From Candidatus Eiseniibacteriota bacterium (lineage in GTDB: Bacteria; Eisenbacteria; RBG-16-71-46): a DNA stretch of 64,000 nucleotides. The stretch spans positions 722 to 64,721 of the forward strand of contig JACOSU010000081.1 in NCBI GenBank assembly GCA_016178685.1, read 5' to 3'. The translations under genes and the position numbers were made by a program. This document shows, one piece after another, positions 28,193 through 38,516 of the stretch. Each line of letters starts with the position of its first letter. Within the stretch, counting starts at the first letter, position 1. The notes under the pieces are model-generated. The model was not told the DNA's origin. It did no database searches and saw nothing but the letters and a program-made list of their open reading frames with translations.

Positions 28193-29338
28193 ATGGATCT
28201 CTCGTTCACGCCCGAGCAGCTCGCCCTGCGCGGCGAAGTCGTCAAGTTCGCCCGCAAGGAGCTGAACGCCGGGCTCGTCGAGCGCGACCACCAGCAGGCG
28301 TTCTCACGCGAGGGCTGGGACAAGTGCGCCGCGATGGGAATCCATGGTCTGCCGTTTCCGCGCGAGCATGGCGGGTCGGGGGCCGACGTCCTGACCACGA
28401 TGCTGGCGATGGAGGGGCTGGGCTACGGCTGCCGGGACAGCGGGCTGATCTTCGCGATCAACGCCCAGATGTGGGCCGTGCAGATGCCGATCCTCAACTT
28501 CGGCACCGAGGAGCAGAAGCGCAGGTACCTGCCCCGCCTGTGCGGCGGCGAATGGATCGGCGCCCACGGCATGACGGAGCCGGGCTCGGGTTCCGATTCG
28601 TCGGCGCTCGCGACCACCGCGGTCCGACGCGGACACCGCTGGATTCTGAACGGAACCAAGACCTTCGTGACGAACGCGCCGATCGCCGACGTGTTCGTGG
28701 TGTTCGCCACCACCGACCGAGCGCGGGGCTTCATGGGCGTGACCGGCTTCGTGGTGGAGAAGGGCGCCCCCGGCTTTCACGTGGGCAAACCGATCGAAAA
28801 AATGGGCCTCAAGACCTCGCCGATGGCGGAGCTCGTCTTCGAAGACTGCGAGCTCCCGCTCGACGCCCTGCTCGGAGAGGAGGGCGGCGGCACGCGGGTG
28901 TTCAGTTCCTCCATGGAGTGGGAGCGCGGCTGCCTGCTCGCGAGTTCCCTGGGCGCCATGGAGCGCCAGCTCGAGACCTGCGTCGATTACGCCACGAACC
29001 GCCGGCAATTCAACCGCCCGATCGGCAAGTTCCAGTCGGTCGCGAACAAGATCGTGGACATGAAGGTGCGTCTCGAGACGTCGCGTCTCCTTCTTTACAA
29101 GCTCGCGTGGCTCAAGTCGGCCGGCGGAGAGGCCGTGATCGACGCCGCGATCGCGAAACTCCACTTGAGCGAGTCGTGGGTCCAGTCGTGTCTGGACGCG
29201 ATCCAGATTCACGGAGGCTACGGCTACACGACCGAGTTCGAACTGGAACGTGACCTGCGCGATGCGATCGCCGGCCGGATCTATTCGGGAACCTCCGAAA
29301 TCCAGCGGAACATCATCGCCGCGCAGCTTGGATTGTGA
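28193..29338 (+). CDS. Acyl-CoA (acyl-ACP) dehydrogenase family flavoprotein.
   Basis: GAHGMTEPGSGSD, ILNGTKTFVTNAP, QIHGGYGYT and the C-terminal catalytic E region. 381 aa, full ACAD architecture. Confidence 0.85.
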   Translation: MDLSFTPEQLALRGEVVKFARKELNAGLVERDHQQAFSREGWDKCAAMGIHGLPFPREHGGSGADVLTTMLAMEGLGYGCRDSGLIFAINAQMWAVQMPILNFGTEEQKRRYLPRLCGGEWIGAHGMTEPGSGSDSSALATTAVRRGHRWILNGTKTFVTNAPIADVFVVFATTDRARGFMGVTGFVVEKGAPGFHVGKPIEKMGLKTSPMAELVFEDCELPLDALLGEEGGGTRVFSSSMEWERGCLLASSLGAMERQLETCVDYATNRRQFNRPIGKFQSVANKIVDMKVRLETSRLLLYKLAWLKSAGGEAVIDAAIAKLHLSESWVQSCLDAIQIHGGYGYTTEFELERDLRDAIAGRIYSGTSEIQRNIIAAQLGL

Positions 29339-29356
29339 CGCCAGGGACCTAGGGAC

Positions 29357-30940
29357 GTGACGAGCTTCCTGCTCCAGCACCTGCTGATGGACGCCGCCCG
29401 GCGCGCGCCGGATGCGGCGGCGGTCCGCTTCGAAGAGGAGACGCTGAGCTACGGCGAGCTCGACCGGCTCTCCGATCGGCTGGCCCACGCGCTCGCCGCG
29501 CACGACGTGCGGCGCGGCGACCGGGTCGCGATCTACCTGCCGAAGTCCACGGCCTCGCTGATCGCGATCCATGGCATTCTCAAGGCCGGAGGCGTCTACG
29601 TGCCGCTCGATCCCGGCGCCCCGGTCCAGAGGCTCGCCTACATCCTGGAGGACTGCGGCGTGCGATGCGTCGTCGCGGCCAGCGCGAAAGCCGCCGCGAT
29701 CCGCACCATGGTCGAGGGGGGCGCGCGGGTGCGGACGGCGGTGTTCACCGACGATGGAGGTGATGCGGGCCTCGGAGACCTCGGGATTCAGACGGTGCCG
29801 TGGGCGCGCGTGCTCGGCGGCGCGGAGGTGGGGCCGCCCGTGATCGCGTCGATCGCGACCGATCTCGCCTACATCCTTTATACCTCGGGTTCCACCGGCA
29901 CTCCCAAGGGAGTGATGATTTCGCACCTCAACTCGCTCACGTGCGTCCACTGGGCCGCCGCGGAGTTCGGCGTCACGAAGGCCGACCGGCTCTCGAGCCA
30001 CGCGCCGTTTCATTTCGACCTTTCGATTCTCGACCTGTTCGTGGCGATGAAGGCCGGAGCGAGCGTGGCGCTGGTGCCGGATGGTACCTCGACGTTCCCG
30101 ATCCGGCTCGGCCAGTGGATCGAGAAGAACCAGATCACGATCTGGTATTCGGTCCCCTCGATCCTGACCCTGCTGCTGCTGAAGGGCCGGCTCGACCGGC
30201 TGGATCTCTCCTCCCTGCGCCATGTGCTGTTCGCGGGCGAAGTGTTCCCGAACAAGTACCTGGCCGCCGCGATGCGCGCGGTGCCGCACGCGGAGTTCGT
30301 CAACCTTTACGGCCCGACCGAGACCAACGTCATCACGTTCTATCGGGTGCCGGCCGCCCGCGGGGAGCAGGGCGAACCGATCCCGATCGGGCGGCCGTGC
30401 GCGAACGGCGACGTATTCGTGGTCGGCGAGGATGGGAAGGTGGTCACGGAGCCGGGCGTGACGGGCGAGCTGTTCGCGCGCGGCACGACGGTGGCGCTGG
30501 GTTACTGGGGCGACCCTGAGAAAACCGCTCGCGGTTTCCTGCAGAACCCGCATCAGATGGATTTCGCGGAGCGCGTCTATCGCACCGGGGACATCGTGTC
30601 GCTCGGGACCGACGGGAACTACCGGCTGCTGGGCCGCCGCGATCGCATGATCAAGAGCCGCGGCTACCGCATCGAGCTGGACGAGATCGAGATCATCCTC
30701 AACGCGCATCCTTCGATCCGGGAGGCGGCGGTGGTCGCGGTCCCGGACGAGTTGAGCGGGAACCGAATCCTGGCTTTCGTGGCGGGCACCGACGGCCGGG
30801 AGCTGAACGCCGGATTCCTGCGCGACTACTGCCTCGAGAGACTGCCGCGCTACATGGTGCCGGAGAGCTTCAATCTGCTCGACGAGCTTCCGAAGACTTC
30901 AACCGGGAAAATCGACCGCGCGCGGCTCGCGCGCGGATAG
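29357..30940 (+). CDS. AMP-dependent adenylating enzyme (amino-acid adenylation / acyl-CoA ligase-like; resembles the exosortase-associated AMP-ligase and DltA).
   Basis: LSYGELD, YILYTSGSTGTPKGV (A3 core), NLYGPTET, YRTGD and PKTSTGKIDR (A10 Lys). Confidence 0.85.
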   Translation: MTSFLLQHLLMDAARRAPDAAAVRFEEETLSYGELDRLSDRLAHALAAHDVRRGDRVAIYLPKSTASLIAIHGILKAGGVYVPLDPGAPVQRLAYILEDCGVRCVVAASAKAAAIRTMVEGGARVRTAVFTDDGGDAGLGDLGIQTVPWARVLGGAEVGPPVIASIATDLAYILYTSGSTGTPKGVMISHLNSLTCVHWAAAEFGVTKADRLSSHAPFHFDLSILDLFVAMKAGASVALVPDGTSTFPIRLGQWIEKNQITIWYSVPSILTLLLLKGRLDRLDLSSLRHVLFAGEVFPNKYLAAAMRAVPHAEFVNLYGPTETNVITFYRVPAARGEQGEPIPIGRPCANGDVFVVGEDGKVVTEPGVTGELFARGTTVALGYWGDPEKTARGFLQNPHQMDFAERVYRTGDIVSLGTDGNYRLLGRRDRMIKSRGYRIELDEIEIILNAHPSIREAAVVAVPDELSGNRILAFVAGTDGRELNAGFLRDYCLERLPRYMVPESFNLLDELPKTSTGKIDRARLARG

Positions 30941-32095
30941 GCGCCGACCGGCCCGCTGCTTCCGCACATGCGCGACCACGCGGTCGAGGATCTCGCTCAG
31001 CCGATCGTAGATCATATCGGGCGCATGATTCGAGGTCACGTAGGAGCGAGCGCGCGCTCCCGCGGCGCGGCGCGCCTCGGGGTCCGAGAGCAGCCGGCCG
31101 ACTTCGCGCACGAGTTGCGGGTACTCCGAGACCAGGGCTCCCAGGCCCTGCCGCGTGACGAGCGCGTCCGGATCCACCGCGGACACGGTGGGCAGCCCGC
31201 ACGACCACGCCTCGAGCATCACGTTCGAAAAACCTTCGACCGGCGAAGTGTGCACCAGCAGCGACGCTCCCGCGAACAGCTCCGCGATCCCGGTGGGATC
31301 GACGAAACCGCGCACCGAGAGATTCGGGGTTCGATTCGCGGCCTCCTGCGCTCGGCCCCAGTGCTCCCGCGTGAGTGGCGGCGGTGGGATCACGCCCGCC
31401 ATCACGAAGCGGCGATCCGGGAACTCGCGCGCAAGATCGGTGAACCACTGCGGTCGCTTGATGTCCTTGTACGTGCCGAGCCACACCACCGTGCCGTCCT
31501 GCCCGGAATCGACCGCGTGCGCGGGAATTTCGACCACGTTGTGCAACACCTGGCTGTCGAGTCCGAACTCGAGGCGCAGACTCCGGCCCTGCGCTTCGGT
31601 CTGGGCGATCCGCAGATCGGCCTGTTTCAGCGCCCGCCGGTACCACACGCGATCGAGGATGCTCGGCTGCCGGGGCAGACTCGCGATCACCTCGTAGTCG
31701 CTCGCGACGTGCAGCACGAATCCCGCGCGGCGGGAGCGCGCCATGTCGAACGTGATCCCGGACGGCACTCCGGAGCCGTTCACGTAATACACCTCGGCGT
31801 CGGCGCGACGCAGAGCCGCAATCGAACGAGTCAGCCGCGGGTGGAAGAACCGCACCACCGGGATTGGGCTCACGAGCCGGAACGAGCGCAGCACGAGGAT
31901 GCCGTCGATCACGAGGCGCTCGGGTTGTCCGAAATCGCACGTCACGATGCTCACGTCGAAGCCGCGCGCCTGGAGCCCGCGCGCCAGCTTCAGCTGCTGG
32001 GTTTCCGCGCCGCCCGCGAATTCGACCCGCGGGCCGCTCCCGAGCAGCGGGAACAGGTACTCGCAGTTGAAACAGATGCGGCCCCGCCCGCTCAC
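30899..32095 (-). CDS. GT4 family glycosyltransferase.
   Basis: GT-B C-terminal domain with the EGFSNVMLEAWSCGLPTVSAVD motif. GTG start overlaps the upstream stop (GTGA). The 3' end overlaps the convergent adenylation gene by ~40 bp. Confidence 0.75.
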   Translation of the reverse strand: MSGRGRICFNCEYLFPLLGSGPRVEFAGGAETQQLKLARGLQARGFDVSIVTCDFGQPERLVIDGILVLRSFRLVSPIPVVRFFHPRLTRSIAALRRADAEVYYVNGSGVPSGITFDMARSRRAGFVLHVASDYEVIASLPRQPSILDRVWYRRALKQADLRIAQTEAQGRSLRLEFGLDSQVLHNVVEIPAHAVDSGQDGTVVWLGTYKDIKRPQWFTDLAREFPDRRFVMAGVIPPPPLTREHWGRAQEAANRTPNLSVRGFVDPTGIAELFAGASLLVHTSPVEGFSNVMLEAWSCGLPTVSAVDPDALVTRQGLGALVSEYPQLVREVGRLLSDPEARRAAGARARSYVTSNHAPDMIYDRLSEILDRVVAHVRKQRAGRRLSAREPRAVDFPG

Positions 32096-33216
32096 GAAGC
32101 CCACCGCTCGAGCGCGGCTTCGAGTCGCGGGCGCACCTGCTCCCACGCGTACTCCAGGGCGGTGCGTCGTCCGCCTGCCGCGAGCCGGTCCGCGAGCTCC
32201 GGATCCCGGATCAGCCGCTGAAACGCCGCCTTGAGCGCGGCGGGATCATCGGGCGGGATCAGGAGTCCGTTCTCCTCGTGGCGCACCAGGTCGCGAACCC
32301 CCGCGACCGGCGTCGCGATCACCGGCCGGCCGAACGCCATCGCTTCGAGCAGCACGTTCGGCAGCCCCTCGCCCTTGCGCGCCGCCAGCACCACGAAGGC
32401 GCTCTCCCGATAGAGAGTCGCCAGGCGCTCACGCTCCACGAATCCTTCGAAGCGCGCGGGCACGCCGCGCGCTCGAGCCAGCGCCTCGAGCCGCGCGCGC
32501 TCCGGCCCGGTGCCGGCCACCACCAGCGGGAACGCGAGTCCGGCCGAGGCATCGATCACGGTGTCCATGCCCTTGTCGCGGATCAGCCTCCCGACCGCGA
32601 GCACGCATGAGCCCCGGCGAGCGAGCGTGTCTGCCCGGGGAAGATCGAGCCCGTTCGGCACCACCTCGAGATGCGCTTCGACCGTTCGCCGCGTCCCGGG
32701 CGCGAAGCGCTCCATCTCGCGCAGCAGGGCGGCCCGGTTCTCCTCGCTCTGCACCAGCACGCCGTCCGCCTCCCGCCAGACGCGCGGGCCGACCCAGCGC
32801 GCCCACCGGGAATCCTCCAAGCGATACTCCCCCTCGCCGCGGATCCAGACCACCGCCGGGATACCGAGCCGTCTCTTGAGTCGCACGCCGGCATAGCCGC
32901 TGATGAAGGTCTGGAAGCACAGCACGACATCGGGCCGCGGCTTGAGCGCCGTCACCGCGCGCGTGATCGCCGAGAGGTCCCGCACCGCGCGCCACAGCGG
33001 CACTCCCGAGAGCGGCAGGCGCATCACGGTGAATCCGTCGCGTCGCTCGGTGCCGGGCGGCGCGGGCGGCTCCCGCCGCGTCACTACGGTCACGCGATGG
33101 CGGTCCGAGAGGCGGCGCGCCCAGCACTCGGCCTGATGCTCGGCTCCGCCCAGCGCGCCGGGTGGAAAACGCCCGATCAGGATCGCGATGTGGAGCGGTC
33201 GGATCGAATCGTTCAC
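32092..33216 (-). CDS. GT4 family glycosyltransferase.
   Basis: N-terminal HIAILIGRFPPGALGGAEHQ. C-terminal GEGLPNVLLEAMAFGRPVIATPVAGVRDLVRHEENGLLIPPDD. GTGA overlap with the upstream methyltransferase. Confidence 0.8.
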   Translation of the reverse strand: MNDSIRPLHIAILIGRFPPGALGGAEHQAECWARRLSDRHRVTVVTRREPPAPPGTERRDGFTVMRLPLSGVPLWRAVRDLSAITRAVTALKPRPDVVLCFQTFISGYAGVRLKRRLGIPAVVWIRGEGEYRLEDSRWARWVGPRVWREADGVLVQSEENRAALLREMERFAPGTRRTVEAHLEVVPNGLDLPRADTLARRGSCVLAVGRLIRDKGMDTVIDASAGLAFPLVVAGTGPERARLEALARARGVPARFEGFVERERLATLYRESAFVVLAARKGEGLPNVLLEAMAFGRPVIATPVAGVRDLVRHEENGLLIPPDDPAALKAAFQRLIRDPELADRLAAGGRRTALEYAWEQVRPRLEAALERWAS

Positions 33217-34166
33217 GTCACCAGGTCCGTGATTTCGCTGCCGCCGCCGGCGTGCTGCTCCACCCGCAGCTGATTCCCGACCCGGCGGAACATGGTTCCG
33301 CGATTCGTCGGCCGGTCGCTTCCGGTGCGGGTCACGAGCAGGAGGCCCCCTTCGATCAGACGCGCGCTCAGGGCCTGCACCATGCGGCGGATCGTGTCGG
33401 AGCCAAAGTATCCGAGATTCAGGATGTTTGCGGCGCGGATGATCGCGAAGGAGCCGGTGAGCGTGGGCCGCAGGATGTCCTCTTCGTGAAAGTGAACGCC
33501 CGGGACATCTTCAGCCTCCGGCGAGATCAGCGATACGCTGGACAACGCATAGCCGGCGAGCGGCTCGTGCAGCGCGACACGGAAGCGCCTCACGTCTTCC
33601 CGCATCAGCCGCCGCGCGAGCGCATAGAAATGCGGGCGCAGCACCAGATCGCGAGGCCGGAACCTCCACGGAGATGCCCAGCCGCCGACCTCGATCTGAA
33701 TCACCTGCTGGTCGGCGTCGAACAGCAGATTGCAACCATCGACACGACGGACATGGCGGGCGGAGATCATCAGGTCCGTGCCCCACGCCTCGCACGGGAT
33801 TCCAGCCGCACTGAAGGCTCTATGCATCTCGACGGTCGAGATTCCCGAGGAACAGGCCACGTCGAGAACGCGCAGCGGGAGGCGCTCGAGGTCGCTCGCG
33901 AGGCGGACCAGCATCGGAAACAGGTCGTTCATGCGGTTCGGGAGCGTGGCCTTGTACACGCCGTTGCGCAGCACCAGGCTCTGGAAGAACTCGTGCTGAA
34001 TCTCGGCGTTTCCGGACCGGCAGGCCTCCCGGTATTCTGCCACCGGAATGCAGCGCGCGTCACCGTGTGGCCCGAACCGGCGCAGGACATCCCGCAGCGT
34101 GACGGCCGTCCACATGTCGGGACGCATTGCGTGACGCGCCAGCGTGTGCACACCAGGATTGATCAC
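33213..34166 (-). CDS. Class I SAM-dependent methyltransferase.
   Basis: Motif I is LRVLDVACSSGISTVEM and motif II-like is LLFDAD. GTG start at 34166 overlaps the upstream stop (GTGA), with GGAGG just upstream. Confidence 0.65.
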   Translation of the reverse strand: MINPGVHTLARHAMRPDMWTAVTLRDVLRRFGPHGDARCIPVAEYREACRSGNAEIQHEFFQSLVLRNGVYKATLPNRMNDLFPMLVRLASDLERLPLRVLDVACSSGISTVEMHRAFSAAGIPCEAWGTDLMISARHVRRVDGCNLLFDADQQVIQIEVGGWASPWRFRPRDLVLRPHFYALARRLMREDVRRFRVALHEPLAGYALSSVSLISPEAEDVPGVHFHEEDILRPTLTGSFAIIRAANILNLGYFGSDTIRRMVQALSARLIEGGLLLVTRTGSDRPTNRGTMFRRVGNQLRVEQHAGGGSEITDLVT

Positions 34167-36890
34167 CGCTCCTCCCCCTCGCTCGCGGCCCGGGGCCGCG
34201 GTTTTTCCACGCGCGGCGGGTGCATCGACGCGCCCGCCGCACTCAGCACCGCAGCATAGCATCGCGGCTCGGAGACGTCGCGGCGCGCCACGCTCCGGCG
34301 GGCGACCCGGAAGAATCCGACCGGCAGTCCCGAGAAGTAATCGTTGTCGAAGAAATAGTCGCTGAGCCGCAGGTTCGCATAGTGCGGCTGGCGGATCATG
34401 CGCGCCTGGACCTGGTAGTCGCCGTTCGCGACGTCGAGCGGCACGACCAGAGAAAACGAGTCGCGCACCGCCTGATCCGGCGTCCAGAGGTCCACGCCGT
34501 ATTCGCCGCCGACCGGCAGATGATCGGCGCGGAAACGATAGCGCTCGTGATGAAGGCGCTCGATCAGCTTGCGAAGCGGCTTCGAAATGCACGCGGGCGG
34601 CGTGAATCCGCCCGGCAGCGGGCGATCGAATCGCACTGCGATCTGGTAGGAGCCGGCCGGCAGGCGCTCGATGGCCCGCCACACGATCACGCCGCGCACC
34701 GTGTCCCCGGGGGCCGCGACGCGGGGGGAGAGAGCGAAACCGAGCAGCGCCGGGGCCCCGGGCGCCACGCGCCGCGCGATGCCGTCCGTCCCGGGCCGGT
34801 AGCGGTTCACGAACGGGCGCGACGCGACGGGGGTGCGCAGCGTGTCGAGCGCGGCACGATGGACCCAATACACCACGAAGTCGCCGCGGTCGTACACGCG
34901 CTCGAACGCCGAAGGGAAGCGATCGAGCCGCCCCCGTTCCTCAACGAACCACTCCGGCCGCGGGGTCCAGTAGTCGAGCGCCGGCACCTCTGCAAAGCGC
35001 CGGTTGAGCGCGATCGCGTCCACGCCGTAGCGTGCCAGCAGGGCGCGCATGCGGGCCCAGTCTCCGAATGGGTCGAGCGCGTCGCGCGCATCGAGCAGGC
35101 GGCGGAGCGCCTGGGGGTCGCTCGGCGAGCTGTGCTGATCGAGCAGGGTGACCACGTAGTCGTGCGTCATCATGGGGACCGCGTAGCTGGTCAGGGGATC
35201 CGACAGCACGACGCTCCCGCGCGGCAGGTGGGCATCCATCCACTCGAGATCGGCGCGCCAGACCAGAGGGCTCAGGCGCCGTTCGTCGGCCGCGATCTCA
35301 CCGGAGTGCCGCGCGACCCGCGCCGCATCGAGCAGGGCGGGAGCGAGCAGCAACGCGACGGCGCCGAGCTGCGCGGCGGCCATCCCGCGCGCGCGCGGCG
35401 CGCCGGAACGCAGATCGGCGATCAGTCGGGGCAGCGCCCAGGCCACAAGGGCGGCCAGCGGCGTCATCCACACCACGCGCATCAGCAGATACCCGACGCG
35501 GGGCTGGAGCACGCTCACCACCGGCGGCACGAACAGGATCGTCCCGACCGCGGCCGCCGTGGTGAGCAGGAACAGCGCGGCCGCATCGCCGCGTCCCTCT
35601 CGCCACAGCCGGGGCGTGAGCATCGGAAACAGCAGCCATGCGCTTCCCATCCAATCCCACAGCACGCCCGGCGAGACCACGCGGACGCCGTCCCACAGCG
35701 TCAGCAGACCCTGGGCCTCGGTGTGAATGGGGTTGACCGGCGCCGGGGTGCGCAGCAGCTGCCACAGGGCGAACGGCGCCACCGCTCCTCCCACGGCGAG
35801 AGCGGTGCCGATCAGCCGTCGCAGCGACGGACCGATCCCACGCTCGCGCAGCGCGAGCCCCGCTGCGAGCGCCGAGAACACGATCGCGAACTGAAGCGCG
35901 GCGAACACGTGGGCGGCGACCGCCCCGATCGCGAGAGCGGCCGCGGCTAGCCGTGTGCCGCGCGACGGCCGGGCCAGATCCGCGAGCACCGCGACCGCGG
36001 TCGCCAGCGCGAGATGGTCGGCGAGCTTGGCGGCGTACACCGTCTCGCGCATCGGGGTCGATGCGAGCGAGCCGCCGTAAGTGAGAAGCAGCGCCCAGGC
36101 CGCGAACGCCGCTCCCGGGCCGCCCGCGAGCAGAGCGCCGAACGCCGCGACGTTGAGGATCAGGAGCGGCGAGAGCAGGATCGGCAGGTCGCGCCACGCG
36201 ACCAGCGGCGTGACTCGCGCGATCACCGCGATCAGCGCGGCCTCGCCGTGCCACAGGAACTTTCGCGGATCCACGCCGGCCCCGCCCGCATCGCGGAAGA
36301 ACGCGTCGTTCGGAAACAGCACCCCGTGCTCGAGCATGCGGCGGATGGTCCCTACGTGATCGGGCGAGTCCGAGACGTAGTGGAGCGGCGCACCCAGTCG
36401 CGCCGCGTACGCGCATGCGCACAGCGCCGCCAGCATCGTGAGCGCGAGGGCCGCACCCGCCGGCGCTTCCGGGGCGGATTCCCGGTGCCCCCCCGCGAGC
36501 GGCGCGGTCTCCCGTTCGAGCGCGGTCACGACCTCCCGGGCCACGCCGCCCGAACGGCGCGCCAGCACCACCGCCCACAGCAGCGCGTTCGCGGGCAGGA
36601 GGGCGGTCGCCAGGTGCGTGAAGGGAACGCGCGCGATCGCGCACAGCGACAGCAGCACCGCGTTCCATGCCACGCCGAGACCCAGCGCCCAGCCCGGGGC
36701 GAGCCACGGGCCGCCCGGTGGCCGCGCGTGGAGCAGCTTCAGCCACGCGAAGCCCGGGACGAGCAGCAGCGTGATCCCGGTCAGAACCACGCGCAGCGCG
36801 GGCGGGCACGATGCCAGCAGCCCGGCCGCGAGCGCGGCCTGGAGCAGCAGCTCGCCCGACAACGCGATCAGCGTCGACCGAGTTCTCATG
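34163..36890 (-). CDS. Very large (909 aa) polytopic membrane protein of unknown function: ~14 TM helices plus a ~330 aa C-terminal extracytoplasmic domain.
   Basis: The track ORF 34163..38479 (1438 aa) is a chimera. The real start is the ATG at 36890, which overlaps the Wzx stop (ATGA). The C-terminal domain is rich in W/Y/D (DYWTPRPEWF, YFFDNDYF). No recognisable catalytic motif. Confidence 0.55.
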
Positions 36891-38400
36891 CGTCCGCGGA
36901 GTCGGCGCGCCGCATCCAGGCCGGACGCAGATCCGTCATCATCTGCCGCAGCCCGGTGCCGCGCCCAAACGGATAGGCCAGCACCGAATAGAGCGGCAGG
37001 AACAGCGCGAGTTCCACGAGCATGTGCCCGGCGTGCGCGGTCAGGCTCTCCGCTCCGGGCCACGGCACCAGGCGATCGATGCCGAACGCGAGTCCATAGC
37101 TGATCGCGAGCGGCATGAAGGTCCTGAGCACACGCGCCGGCACGCCCCGCGTGGTGCCGCGCAGGCCGGCGAACGCCATCCAGCTCATCACCACTCCGTT
37201 GAGCACGTACGCGATCAGGGTGGCGCACGCCACGCCGGTGATGCCGGATCCCAGCCGCACCGCCACCAGGTCGAGCGCGGCGCCGAGCAGGGATCCCGCG
37301 AGCGCCACCGGGACCAAGAACGCCTGGCGCCGCAGCGTCATCAACACGATCGCCGAGAAGCCGACGAACGCGATTCCACCCGCCCCGAAGCACATCAGAC
37401 GCAACGCCGGGAGCCCCGGGAGGAACTTCGGCAGCAGCACGAACATCAGGTCCCGCGACCACAGAAACGTCACGCCGCACAGCACCGGCGTCATCACGGC
37501 CAGCGTCTGGTAGGTGCGCTCGACCTGGGAGCGCACCGCCTCGGGCCGGTCCCCGCCCTCCCGGTAGCGCTTGAGCAGCTGCGGATAGAGCACGAAGCTC
37601 ACCGAGTCCGGAAGGTAGAGCAGCAGCGTCATGGCGGTCACGGCCAGGCTGTAGTAGCCGAGCGAAATCGTGTTGAGACACTTGATGATGATGACGCGGT
37701 CGAGCGATCGCAGGATGACGGACGCCGAGTAGAGGTACATCGGGGCGCCGGCGCGCAGCAGCGCCAGGCATTCCGAGGAAGCCTGCGGGGCGAACGGCGC
37801 GATGTGCCGCGCCTGCCATTGGCTGACGATCGAAGCGATCACGGTGCCGACCAGCCAGCCGCCGAGCAGCGCCCACATGCCGAACCGGGGCATCAGGGCC
37901 AGCGCGAGGCCCGCTCCGATCACGCCCTGCACCAGGTACCAGCCGCTCACCGCGGTCATGTTGTTGTGCGCCCGCAGCAGATTGATGCGGTAGGAACCCA
38001 GGTTGCTGAGCACCACGCAGACGCCGGCCACGATCATGCCCCGCATTCCCCAGAAGTACTTGATCTTTCCGTTCGAGAACGTGAAATAGACCACGGTTCC
38101 GATCGCGTAGAGCGACGAGAGCAGCAGCACGTTGAACAATCCCGAACTCTTGGTGCGCCGGATCGCCTCCGCATCGCCGTCCACCAGCCGTGGCGGCAGC
38201 GTCTGGTCGAGACCCTGAAACGTGCCCGCGGTGGCGAGCATGCCGTAGTCCATGACCAGCTGGATGGCGTTCCACGCCCCGTAGGTGACCGGGCCCAGCA
38301 GGCGCGCCGCGATCAGCCCGCGCGCCATGAGCAGCACGCGGAAGACGTACTGGGAGGTCGCGAAGAAGATGGAATCCCGCAGAAACCTTCGTGGGTGCAT
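36886..38400 (-). CDS. MOP-superfamily polysaccharide biosynthesis protein (Wzx-type oligosaccharide flippase).
   Basis: The start MHPRRFLRDSIFFATSQYVFRVLLMARGLIAARLLGPVTYGAWNAIQLV is the canonical Wzx/polysacc_synt N-terminus. 12-14 TM helices. Confidence 0.75.
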   Translation of the reverse strand: MHPRRFLRDSIFFATSQYVFRVLLMARGLIAARLLGPVTYGAWNAIQLVMDYGMLATAGTFQGLDQTLPPRLVDGDAEAIRRTKSSGLFNVLLLSSLYAIGTVVYFTFSNGKIKYFWGMRGMIVAGVCVVLSNLGSYRINLLRAHNNMTAVSGWYLVQGVIGAGLALALMPRFGMWALLGGWLVGTVIASIVSQWQARHIAPFAPQASSECLALLRAGAPMYLYSASVILRSLDRVIIIKCLNTISLGYYSLAVTAMTLLLYLPDSVSFVLYPQLLKRYREGGDRPEAVRSQVERTYQTLAVMTPVLCGVTFLWSRDLMFVLLPKFLPGLPALRLMCFGAGGIAFVGFSAIVLMTLRRQAFLVPVALAGSLLGAALDLVAVRLGSGITGVACATLIAYVLNGVVMSWMAFAGLRGTTRGVPARVLRTFMPLAISYGLAFGIDRLVPWPGAESLTAHAGHMLVELALFLPLYSVLAYPFGRGTGLRQMMTDLRPAWMRRADSADA

Positions 38401-38516
38401 GGGGGGAGTTCCGATCAGCCCGCGCGGCCGCGGCGGGACACCTGGCGGGCGGCGGTTCGCTCGCATAGTATTGAAGCACTCATGCACATCCATTCGACCC
38501 GTTTTCCCTCACGATC

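Noticed and set aside
34163-38479. 1438-aa ORF read as a single giant protein.
   Set aside because: The N-terminal ~530 residues are Arg/Gly/Ala-rich low-complexity translation of the antisense frame of the real Wzx gene (36886..38400). A clean ATGA stop/start overlap at 36886..36890 gives a 909-aa protein starting MRTRSTLIAL.
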